Assembly: GCA_013698055.1 (NCBI GenBank)
Contig: JACCVS010000755.1
Location: 1 to 36,921, forward strand
Direction of reading: 5' to 3'
DNA from: Acidobacteriota bacterium
GTDB lineage: Bacteria; Acidobacteriota; Blastocatellia; Pyrinomonadales; Pyrinomonadaceae
DNA length: 36,921 nucleotides
In this document: positions 9,845-18,355 of the stretch, one piece after another
Numbering within the stretch: position 1 is the first letter of the stretch
How the letters are laid out: each line of letters opens with the position of its first letter
Made by a program: the position numbers and the translations under genes
Notes under the pieces: model-generated
The model's database searches: none
Seen by the model: only the letters and a program-made list of their open reading frames with translations
Told to the model about the DNA's origin: nothing

Positions 9845-10948
9845 ATGAATGTTCTAGCCCTGGCTTCCTACCCGGTTGAAGCCGCCGCAACCCGTTATCG
9901 CCTCACCCAATTCGTCGCCCCATTAGCCGAACGCGGTATTACGCTCACCGTCCATCCCTTTCTTGATTCACGGCTATTCGTATCGCTTTATAAGCGATCA
10001 GAAATGCTGAGCACTGGCCTGGGCTTGCTGCGCTCGGCGCTCGGGCGATTCGGCGATGCGTACGCGGCACGAAGGGCCGATGTCGTGCTCGTCCAGCGCG
10101 AGGCGATGATGTTCGGGCCGCCCTTGATCGAATGGCTGGCACTGAAGTTTGGACGTTGCCCGCTGGTTCTCGACTTGGATGATGCGACGTACATCTCGTA
10201 TACTAGCCCGACTTATGGCCGTCTCGGGAGCTCGCTTAAATGGTTCGGTAAAACCGATGATTTGATCCGCTGGGCGACAGTCGTCACGTGCGGTAATCGC
10301 TCCATCGCCGAATATGTGGCGAGCAAAGGAACACGCGGGGTGGTTATTCCCACCGTTGTCGACACGGAGTGCTTTCGGCCTGCGGCGCGCATGACCGAGC
10401 GTAGCCCTCCGGTACTCGGCTGGATCGGTACGCATTCCACTTTTCCGTACTTGGAATCAATCTTTCCGGCGTTGCAACAGCTTGCAAGGGAGCACCGCTT
10501 TCACCTCAAGGTGGTCGGTGCCGGTAGAGAGCAAATAAATCTTCCGGGTGTGGAAGTAGAGAGCTTGGCGTGGAGTTTGGAACGCGAGATAGAGGATTTC
10601 CAGTCCTTTGATATCGGCCTCTACCCGATTAATGCCGGACTCTATGCGGATCAATGGGCGGCGGGCAAATCCGGCTTCAAGGCCATTCAGTATATGGCCG
10701 TCGGGATACCTTATGTGGTCACGCCCGTCGCGGCCTGCGCCGAGATCGGAGAACTGGGGTTGACCCACCTTTGTGCTGCGACGCAAGAAGACTGGCAAGA
10801 GTCGCTGGCGAAGTTGATAACGGATGAAGGAGTCCGGCAGCGAATGGGAGCTGCGGGGCGGCTTCATGCCCTGGAGCACTATACCGTAGCCGCGCAGGCC
10901 GACAAACTTGCCGAGGCATTGCGCGAAGCAACCGGACGAAACCAATGA
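9845..10948 (+). CDS. Glycosyltransferase, GT-B fold (GT4/GT1-like)
   Basis: Has LGWIGTHSTFPYL and GKSGFKAIQYMAVGIPYVVTPVAACAEI, as in WcaL-type group 1 glycosyltransferases. Confidence 0.75.
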   Translation: MNVLALASYPVEAAATRYRLTQFVAPLAERGITLTVHPFLDSRLFVSLYKRSEMLSTGLGLLRSALGRFGDAYAARRADVVLVQREAMMFGPPLIEWLALKFGRCPLVLDLDDATYISYTSPTYGRLGSSLKWFGKTDDLIRWATVVTCGNRSIAEYVASKGTRGVVIPTVVDTECFRPAARMTERSPPVLGWIGTHSTFPYLESIFPALQQLAREHRFHLKVVGAGREQINLPGVEVESLAWSLEREIEDFQSFDIGLYPINAGLYADQWAAGKSGFKAIQYMAVGIPYVVTPVAACAEIGELGLTHLCAATQEDWQESLAKLITDEGVRQRMGAAGRLHALEHYTVAAQADKLAEALREATGRNQ

Positions 10949-11006
10949 CTCGGAGAAAGAGCGCGCGCGGACGCCGAAGTGAGCTTGGGCCGAAGCGCTC
11001 CCAGCG

Positions 11007-11801
11007 ATGCAAAAAGAGGAAACGGTAAAGACGGAGACAGCCGCTGCGGCTAATCGCAGTCATATATTACGTGGCGCGCACCGACCTTCGCGCCTGCGAC
11101 TAATCGAACTGGCTATCATCGGTCTACTCCCGTCCTTCCTGAAGTGTCACTGCTACCGCCTGTTCTTCGGCTATCGCATCGGCAAGCGTGTGCGCATCGG
11201 CCTGACTATCCTTGACGCGAGAGAGTGTGAGATTGCAGACGACGTAAGCATCGGGCACTTGAACCTGGTAATCGGCGTCGGAAAGATCAGCATGGGAGAT
11301 CACGTCCGCATCGGACACCTGAATATATTGCGCGGCGGCGACGAAATCCGCATTGGCCGCTATGCACAGATTATGAGGATGAATGAGATCAACTCGATTC
11401 CCGAACCCGATGCGGTCAATCCTGTGAATCCCAGGTTTCTGTTGGGTGAGGGCAGTGTCATTACCACCGGACATAAGATAGATTTTACGGATCGCGTGGA
11501 GATTGGCCGCCGCACCATCCTGGGCGGTCGTAACTCATCTTTGTGGACACACAACAGGCAACGCACGCTTCCCATCGAAATTGGCTCGCTGACTTACATC
11601 GGCTCCGAAATCCGAATTGCTCCGGGAGGATCGATTCCTTCGCGCTGCATCGTCGGTATCGGAGCAGTGATTACAAAGAATTTGAAAGAGGAGAGTTATC
11701 TGATCGCGGGTGTCCCGGCAAAGCCAATCAAGCCGCTTGACACAGAAGATGTTTTTTTGATTGAACAGAAGACGCGCCCGGATTTGCCCGATAACATCTG
11801 A
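11007..11801 (+). CDS. Hexapeptide-repeat (left-handed beta-helix) acyltransferase, probable sugar O-acetyltransferase
   Basis: Shows repeated [LIV]-G-x4 periodicity: VSIGHLNLVIGVGKISMGDHVRIGHLNIL, VEIGRRTILGG and IEIGSLTYIGSEIRIAPGGSI. A hydrophobic N-terminal segment is present (LIELAIIGLLPSF). Confidence 0.75.
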   Translation: MQKEETVKTETAAAANRSHILRGAHRPSRLRLIELAIIGLLPSFLKCHCYRLFFGYRIGKRVRIGLTILDARECEIADDVSIGHLNLVIGVGKISMGDHVRIGHLNILRGGDEIRIGRYAQIMRMNEINSIPEPDAVNPVNPRFLLGEGSVITTGHKIDFTDRVEIGRRTILGGRNSSLWTHNRQRTLPIEIGSLTYIGSEIRIAPGGSIPSRCIVGIGAVITKNLKEESYLIAGVPAKPIKPLDTEDVFLIEQKTRPDLPDNI

Positions 11802-11928
11802 TCAAAACAACGGGCAATAATACAAGAAACTGCTTTTGCCTTACCGCCCCGGTGGTACGCGCCCGCCTGGCGGCTAATCTTTTTAGAGGCGAAGATGAAA
11901 CCAGTTCGATCCCTTTTGCCATAGAAAT

Positions 11929-13281
11929 ATGAATGCTTTATTTACGCTTCTGGCGTTGCTCGTGAGTGGCGGTATTTTAGTCACCGTTCCTGCGGAGGGC
12001 GGGGCGGCACTGCTCGTGTGTGTCATTGCTGCCGTGCTGGTCGGACTAATCATCTCGCGCGTCCAAAACGACAAAGAATTTTTATTGCATTTGTTTATAG
12101 GTGCCTTACTGGTGAGAGTCCTGATCGGCACGATAATTTTTGCTTTTAACCTGCAAGATTTCTTCGGGGGCGATGCCTATACTTATGACTTCTTCGGTTA
12201 CGCTCTATCTAAAGTCTGGCAAGGAGATAACTATTATCTATCTTTGGTCAATACATATGTCAGCGAAACCGGTGCAGGCGCGTGGGGCATGTTTTACTTT
12301 GTCGCTTTCATTTATACGATAATCGGACGCAACATGTTGGCGATTCAGTTTGTCAACGCAGTATTAGGCGCTGCCACGGCCCCGGTGATTTTCCTCTGCG
12401 CAAAGCATGTCTATAATAATCTCAGGGTTGCGCGATTGGCTGGATTTTTTGTTGCTTTTTATCCTTCGCTGGTGTTGTGGTCGTCACAAGGTTTGAAAGA
12501 TGGCCCTATTGTTTTTCTGCTCGCAATTTCCATACTCGCGACGTTCAAGCTGGGCGAGAATATTAACTTAAAATACTTGGCCGTCTTGGCCAGCTCACTG
12601 TTCGCTATACTCACTTTGCGATTCTATGTCTTCTACATGATTGTGGTGGCGGCGGGCGGGTCGCTTCTCATTGGAATGAGGATGGCCTCCGTGCGTAGTC
12701 TCGCGCAGAGGTTTGTGGTGATTATCGGGATCGGCCTGGCCCTAACTTATCTGGGTGTCCTGCGAACCACCAGTATGCAGTTTGAGTCATTTGGTAATTT
12801 AGAAAAAATACAGGTCAGCCGCTCTGACATGATGCAAAGGGCTGAAACCGGCTTCGGCAAGGACGTTGACGTTTCGACAGTCTCAGGAGCATTTAGCGCT
12901 ATTCCTGTCGGTGCTACTTATTTGCTGTTCGCTCCCTTTCCCTGGCAGTTAGCGAGCCTGCGGCAGAGCATTACCTTTCCAGAGATGGTTGTTTGGTGGG
13001 CATCCTTTCCACTGCTTGTGCTGGGGTTGTGGTTTACTATCAAATACCGTTTACGACAATCGCTTCCAATATTGATTTTCACGGCGATGCTGACGCTGGC
13101 CTATTCACTCTTTCAAGGTAATGTCGGCACGGCCTACCGCCAGCGGGCGCAGTTGCTGGTCTTCTACTTCATCTTTGTCTCGGTCGGATATGTGTTGATG
13201 CAGGAGCGGCGCGAAAACCGCCGGCAAAAGATACTGGCCACAAAGCACTTGACGATGCCGGGGCGTCGCCAGACATCTTGA
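11929..13281 (+). CDS. Polytopic inner-membrane protein, candidate GT-C-type glycosyltransferase or polymerase (uncharacterised family; paralog of 34488-35879)
   Basis: Has about 11-13 hydrophobic segments and an acidic first-loop motif GGDAYTYD. It shares YPSLVLWSSQGLKDGPIVF, FAPFPW and GNVGTAYRQRAQ motifs with the minus-strand ORF 34488-35879. G+C looks lower than its neighbours by eye. Confidence 0.5.
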   Translation: MNALFTLLALLVSGGILVTVPAEGGAALLVCVIAAVLVGLIISRVQNDKEFLLHLFIGALLVRVLIGTIIFAFNLQDFFGGDAYTYDFFGYALSKVWQGDNYYLSLVNTYVSETGAGAWGMFYFVAFIYTIIGRNMLAIQFVNAVLGAATAPVIFLCAKHVYNNLRVARLAGFFVAFYPSLVLWSSQGLKDGPIVFLLAISILATFKLGENINLKYLAVLASSLFAILTLRFYVFYMIVVAAGGSLLIGMRMASVRSLAQRFVVIIGIGLALTYLGVLRTTSMQFESFGNLEKIQVSRSDMMQRAETGFGKDVDVSTVSGAFSAIPVGATYLLFAPFPWQLASLRQSITFPEMVVWWASFPLLVLGLWFTIKYRLRQSLPILIFTAMLTLAYSLFQGNVGTAYRQRAQLLVFYFIFVSVGYVLMQERRENRRQKILATKHLTMPGRRQTS

Positions 13282-13293
13282 GATTACGCGAAT

Positions 13294-15177
13294 ATGTGTG
13301 GAATCGCAGGAATAGTTAATCGGAATGGCAGGGCGGTGGATGCAGATGTGCTTGCACGCATGTGCGATGCGATCTGCCATCGTGGCCCTGATGGGGAAGG
13401 ACGCTATCTTAATGATACGGTCGGATTGACGATGCGACGGCTCGCCATTATTGACGTTGAGGGTGGGCAACAGCCGATTCACAACGCAGACCGGACAGCC
13501 TGGATTGTCTTCAACGGCGAAATCTATAACTACCGTGAGTTGCGCGAGAGCCTGGAAAAGCTCGGACATGCTTTTTATACCAACTGCGATACCGAAGTCA
13601 TCATTCATGCCTATGATCAGTATGGCGCGGAGTGCCCCAAGTATCTGCGTGGGATGTTTGCCTTCGCTATCTGGGACGAGCGGACGCAGGAACTCTTTTT
13701 AGCTCGCGACCGCGTCGGCAAGAAACCCTTGCTCTACTCACTGGTCAACAATCAGCTTATCTTCGGTTCTGAGTTCAGCGCGCTTCTCCAACACCCTGAT
13801 ATCAGCCGCGACATCGCGCCGGAAGCGATTCATTACTATCTCTCTTTTATGTGCGTGCCCGCGCCGCTCACGGCTTATCGCGCTATCAGAAAACTTGAGC
13901 CAGGACACTCTTTGCGCTTCACGAGCGCGGGCGAGATCAAGATCGAGCGATACTGGGAGCTGGAGTTTTCACCGAAGGTCAAGCTGAGCGAAGAAGAAGC
14001 GGGCGAGCGCGTTGTGGAACTTCTGCGCGATGCGGTGCGCGTGCGCTTGATGTCAGAAGTTCCACTTGGAGCCTTTCTCTCGGGCGGGGTTGATTCCTCG
14101 GCGATTGTCGCCTTGATGAGTGAAGCGAGCAGCGAACCGATCAAGACTTTTTCCATCGGTTTTGAAGAACAGGACTTCAGCGAACTTCACCACGCACGTC
14201 GCGTCGCAGAACATGTTGGGTCTGACCATCACGAGTTCATCGTGCGGCCTGACGCGATGGAAGTGCTGCCCACACTTGTCGAGCATTATGGCGAGCCGTA
14301 TGCCGATTCGTCCGCCATTCCGACATACTACGTTTCGCGCGAGACGCGGCGTCATGTGACTGTGGCCTTGAACGGTGACGGCGGTGACGAGTGCTTCGCA
14401 GGTTATGAGCGTTATGCCGCAATGCGACTGGCCGAGCGCTATCGCAAACTGCCCGGCCTGATGCGTGAAGGCGTTATCAAGCAGGCCGTTAATTGGATTC
14501 CTTCATCTGAGTTGCGTCGCAGTCGCGTCCGCAGCGTAAAACGTTTCCTTCAGGCAGCCTCTCTTTCGCCCGTCGAGCGTTACCTGCGCTGGGTAAGCGT
14601 ACTGGATCGGGCGGCCAAGGACGAACTTTATACCGATGCGTTTCGCCAGGAAATGGCAGCACACGATCCGGCCATTTGGCTCTCGCCCTGGTTCGCTCAA
14701 GCTAACGGGGCGGGTGTGGTGGACGCAAGCCTCCTGACGGACACGATGACGTATCTCCCGAATGATCTGCTGGTCAAGGTTGATATTGCGAGCATGGCTG
14801 TCTCGCTCGAAGCGCGTTCGCCATTTCTGGATCATCATGTCATGGAGTTTGCAGCCAGTTTGCCGGAGAAGTTCAAGTTGCGCGGGTTAACAACCAAGTA
14901 TATCTTGAAGCGTGTCCTCAAAAAACTGGTCCCGGTTGAGAATCTCAACCGCCCCAAGATGGGCTTCGGAGTTCCCATCGGCCACTGGTTCCGCAACCAC
15001 ATGAAGGCGTTTGTGGGAGAAACGCTATTGAGCGAGAGAGCGCTCAATCGCGGCTTCTTCAAGAGCGAGGAAGTCAAGCGCATGTTTGAGCTACACACGA
15101 GCGGGACGCGCGACTACGCACACCAGCTCTGGACGCTGTTGATGCTGGAATTGTGGTTCGAGAGATTCATTGATTAA
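13294..15177 (+). CDS. asnB: Asparagine synthase (glutamine-hydrolysing) family amidotransferase
   Basis: Has N-terminal MCGIAG (Cys2 nucleophile of Ntn class II glutamine amidotransferases) and the LSGGVDSS PP-loop. Length is typical at 627 aa. Confidence 0.92.
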   Translation: MCGIAGIVNRNGRAVDADVLARMCDAICHRGPDGEGRYLNDTVGLTMRRLAIIDVEGGQQPIHNADRTAWIVFNGEIYNYRELRESLEKLGHAFYTNCDTEVIIHAYDQYGAECPKYLRGMFAFAIWDERTQELFLARDRVGKKPLLYSLVNNQLIFGSEFSALLQHPDISRDIAPEAIHYYLSFMCVPAPLTAYRAIRKLEPGHSLRFTSAGEIKIERYWELEFSPKVKLSEEEAGERVVELLRDAVRVRLMSEVPLGAFLSGGVDSSAIVALMSEASSEPIKTFSIGFEEQDFSELHHARRVAEHVGSDHHEFIVRPDAMEVLPTLVEHYGEPYADSSAIPTYYVSRETRRHVTVALNGDGGDECFAGYERYAAMRLAERYRKLPGLMREGVIKQAVNWIPSSELRRSRVRSVKRFLQAASLSPVERYLRWVSVLDRAAKDELYTDAFRQEMAAHDPAIWLSPWFAQANGAGVVDASLLTDTMTYLPNDLLVKVDIASMAVSLEARSPFLDHHVMEFAASLPEKFKLRGLTTKYILKRVLKKLVPVENLNRPKMGFGVPIGHWFRNHMKAFVGETLLSERALNRGFFKSEEVKRMFELHTSGTRDYAHQLWTLLMLELWFERFID

Positions 15178-15241
15178 CGGCTAGTGATCGAAAGATAAGC
15201 TCTCCCTTAAACTAAGCACCAATCGCTATTGGAGGTTTTGA

Positions 15242-16006
15242 ATGAAAGGCGTTGTCCTGGCTGGTGGATTGGGAACGCGGCTACTGCCTTTGACGGCGGT
15301 AACGAACAAGCATTTGTTGCCGATCTATAATCAGCCGATGATTTATTATCCCATTCAGACGATGGTGAATGCCGGGATCAAAGACATTATGATTGTCACG
15401 GGCGGCAACTCGGCAGGCGATTTTTTGAAGCTGCTCAAGAACGGCAAACCGTTCGGCCTCAAACATCTTAATTACACCTATCAGGAAGGCGAGGGGGGAA
15501 TCGCCGATGCTTTATCGCTGGTCGAAGACTTTGCCGATAATGAGCCGATCTGCGTCATTCTTGGCGATAACATCATTGAAGGAAATATCTGCAAGGCGGT
15601 GCGCGATTACCACCAACAGGGCGGCGGGGCCAAGATCATGCTGAAGAAGGTTCCCGACCCGCAACGCTTCGGCGTGCCTCAACTGGATGGTCGCCGTGTC
15701 CTGCGCATCGAAGAGAAGCCCTCCCACCCCAAATCCGATTATGCCGTCATCGGCATCTACATGTATGATTCGGAAGTCTTCAATATCATCCGCACACTCG
15801 TGCCATCAGGGCGGGGCGAGCTGGAGATTACAGACGTCAACAATGCATATATCGAGCGAGGCGAGATAACCTGGGAGGAGTTGGATGGATGGTGGACTGA
15901 CGCGGGGACCTTCGAGAGTCTGCTTCATGCGTCAAATCTAGCAGCCGAGACGGGGGCAAACAAACTGGAGAATAAAGATGCAGCCCAAGCTGGACATGTC
16001 CACTGA
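15242..16006 (+). CDS. Sugar-1-phosphate nucleotidyltransferase (short RmlA-like glucose-1-phosphate thymidylyltransferase)
   Basis: Has MKGVVLAGGLGTRLLPLT (GxGTRxxPxT) and ILGDNI. A GGAGG Shine-Dalgarno sequence lies 7-11 nt upstream. Confidence 0.88.
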   Translation: MKGVVLAGGLGTRLLPLTAVTNKHLLPIYNQPMIYYPIQTMVNAGIKDIMIVTGGNSAGDFLKLLKNGKPFGLKHLNYTYQEGEGGIADALSLVEDFADNEPICVILGDNIIEGNICKAVRDYHQQGGGAKIMLKKVPDPQRFGVPQLDGRRVLRIEEKPSHPKSDYAVIGIYMYDSEVFNIIRTLVPSGRGELEITDVNNAYIERGEITWEELDGWWTDAGTFESLLHASNLAAETGANKLENKDAAQAGHVH

Positions 16007-16484
16007 AATCTTTAAGCGCGGCATGATTCAAGGTGTGGCCGTACGCGATTTGCGAAAACATGTGGATGATCGTGGATGGCTCTCCGAGTTGTTTCGCCAC
16101 GATGACCTGGCGGAAGAGTTTTATCCACAGATGGGCTATATCTCACAATCACAGCCGCACGTACAGCGCGGGCCGCACGAACATGCTGAGCAGGCCGATT
16201 TTTTCTGTTTTATAGGCCCATCGAACTTTAAAATGCGCCTGTGGGATAACAGGGCTGACTCTGAGACTTATCGCTCCGTGATGACTCTCTTCGTCGGCGA
16301 AGATAATCCGAAATCGATTCTTGTGCCTAAAGGTGTCGTCCATGCTTACCGCAATATTGGGCATGGCGTCGGCATCGTCATTAACTTTCCCAATCGCCTC
16401 TTCATGGGCACCAACCGGAGCGAAGAGATTGATGAGATCAGGCATGAAGACGATCCCGAGACGATTTTCAAGATTGATGAGTAG
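15978..16484 (+). CDS. RmlC-like cupin (dTDP-4-dehydrorhamnose 3,5-epimerase family)
   Basis: Has DDRGWLSELFR and PKGVVHAYRN cupin motifs and is 168 aa long. A GGAG sits 8 nt upstream of the ATG. The gene overlaps the upstream gene by 29 nt. Confidence 0.7.
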   Translation: MQPKLDMSTEIFKRGMIQGVAVRDLRKHVDDRGWLSELFRHDDLAEEFYPQMGYISQSQPHVQRGPHEHAEQADFFCFIGPSNFKMRLWDNRADSETYRSVMTLFVGEDNPKSILVPKGVVHAYRNIGHGVGIVINFPNRLFMGTNRSEEIDEIRHEDDPETIFKIDE

Positions 16485-16558
16485 CCAGGAGTCAGAATTC
16501 GGAATAAGGATGGGGAGATCGTTATCCTTGTGACTTTTGACCTCTGATTCCTGCTGTT

Positions 16559-17887
16559 ATGAAGATTATTCGTATCATCGCCCGGCTAAACGTCGGTGGG
16601 CCATCGCGTCACGTTGTTTGGCTTACCGCCGGGTTGCAGAGTCCAATGTGCGAATCCATGCTGGTGGCAGGTGTGGTGCCGCCCGGCGAAGATGACATGA
16701 GCTACTTTGCCGCAAAGAATGGAGTTGTGCCGCTCATCATCCCGCAAATGAGCCGCGAGATTTCTCCGAAAGATGTACTGACGATCTGGAAACTTTACCG
16801 CCTTTTTGTGCGGGAATGCCCGGACATAATTCATACTCATACAGCTAAAGCCGGAACTGTGGGGAGGACAGCCGGGCTGCTTTATCGCTGGCTAACGTTA
16901 GGTCTGCTTGTCGGAAGACCGCGCCGCTGTCGTCTCGTGCATACCTATCACGGGCACATCTTTCACAGTTATTATGGAGCGTTGAAGACACGCATCTTTC
17001 TGGGCATTGAAAAAGCGCTGGCGCGTCTCGCGACCGACCGGATCATAACGATCAGCCGGCAACAGTATAGAGAGATTCATGAAAAGTTTGATGTCGGGGA
17101 CGACGAACAATTTGTGGTTATCCCGCTTGGTTTGGACACCACGATTTTCGCAGACTCGTTGAATCGTCGTAGCTTGATGCGCGACGAACTAGGCATGAAC
17201 AAGACGGATATGTTGATCGGAATTGTGGGGAGGCTAACGGAAGTAAAAAACCATGCCCTCTTTCTCAAGACCATTGCTTATTATAAAGAGACGTTTGGCA
17301 CGGTGAAGGATGGGCGGCGCGTGCGATTCGTGGTCATTGGCGATGGACATCTGCGTGATCAGCTTCAGACGCAGGCGCGCGAGCTTGGCATTGAAGAAGA
17401 TTTGATGTTTTTGGGAACGCGCGAGGACCCCGAAAACTTTTATCCAGCGCTAGACATAGTTGCGCTAACTTCACTTAACGAGGGCACACCGCTCACGCTT
17501 ATCGAGGCGATGGCGAATGCGCGATGCGTAATCGCAACGGCGGTCGGCGGCGTGGTTGATCTTCTGGGCGAGGATGTTAGTTCACCAGACGGGCTTGAGG
17601 ATGCCGGTTACAGTTTAGGTGAGCGCGGCGTGCTTGTTCACCACAACGATCCGGCAACCTTCTGCTCCGGCCTCGCGCGCCTGGTTGAAGATGAAACGCT
17701 GCGAGATGAGATGGGCGAGCGTGGACGCCGTTTTATTAGCCAAAACTATTCCAAAGACAGGTTGCTGGCGGACGTTTTGAAACTTTATCATGAGCTGACA
17801 CGAGAAAAACAGGCCGTGGAATCCAAAGCCCAAAATCCGAAGTCAGAAGTTGGAAATGAATCTACAACCTTGGACATCGGGCATTAA
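16559..17887 (+). CDS. Glycosyltransferase family 4 (GT-B fold)
   Basis: Has RLNVGGPSRHV at the N-terminus and NEGTPLTLIEAMANARCVIATAVGG as the EX7E-type signature. Confidence 0.88.
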   Translation: MKIIRIIARLNVGGPSRHVVWLTAGLQSPMCESMLVAGVVPPGEDDMSYFAAKNGVVPLIIPQMSREISPKDVLTIWKLYRLFVRECPDIIHTHTAKAGTVGRTAGLLYRWLTLGLLVGRPRRCRLVHTYHGHIFHSYYGALKTRIFLGIEKALARLATDRIITISRQQYREIHEKFDVGDDEQFVVIPLGLDTTIFADSLNRRSLMRDELGMNKTDMLIGIVGRLTEVKNHALFLKTIAYYKETFGTVKDGRRVRFVVIGDGHLRDQLQTQARELGIEEDLMFLGTREDPENFYPALDIVALTSLNEGTPLTLIEAMANARCVIATAVGGVVDLLGEDVSSPDGLEDAGYSLGERGVLVHHNDPATFCSGLARLVEDETLRDEMGERGRRFISQNYSKDRLLADVLKLYHELTREKQAVESKAQNPKSEVGNESTTLDIGH

Positions 17888-18355
17888 CTTTTGGGGTTGC
17901 ATCTGAAAGGTTCTGACAACTTGCGCGAATGGGTGAGAGGGGGTTCGGGCTTTATCGAAACTGACGAAATCGCATTCGGAGATTATATCTGTGCCCGATG
18001 ATTGAGGTATCGAAGACATCTACTTACAAATGGCAATGGTCAACAGCAGCGTGGCATTATTGGTCACGACCACAATGATGCGTGGTTTTCGCTTGAGTAA
18101 AGCAGCGTGGAATGATAGTGAGGAAACAGAATGTGAAAACCTGTCTAGATCAAATCTATAATTTTGACTGTCCGGCCTCCCCCATTTCATCTTTAACCGG
18201 CTATTCATAAAGCCTCAATCCAAACCGGCACAGACATTAAGCCATGATTCCACCTAATATAAAAAATGGTCAGTATGGCTTGGGCAGAAGTTGCTGGATA
18301 CTTACGCTGATACGAAGTGAGAATTTACTCAACCTAAGAACGGAGCAAAAATAGA
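17888..18355. promoter_or_regulatory. 468-bp non-coding, comparatively AT-rich gap splitting the locus into two transcription blocks (putative internal promoter region)
   Basis: This is the largest gap in an otherwise overlapping or abutting gene array. It contains no convincing ORF. A GGAG lies upstream of the ATG at 18356. Confidence 0.3.

Noticed and set aside
17998-18078. 26-codon Trp-rich mini-ORF (MIEVSKTSTYKWQWSTAAWHYWSRPQ) in the large gap, considered as a leader peptide
   Set aside because: There is no Shine-Dalgarno sequence, no adjacent attenuator-type alternative hairpins that I could see, and no link to Trp metabolism. It is most likely a chance ORF. The 62-aa minus-strand ORF at 18020-18208 is likewise unsupported.
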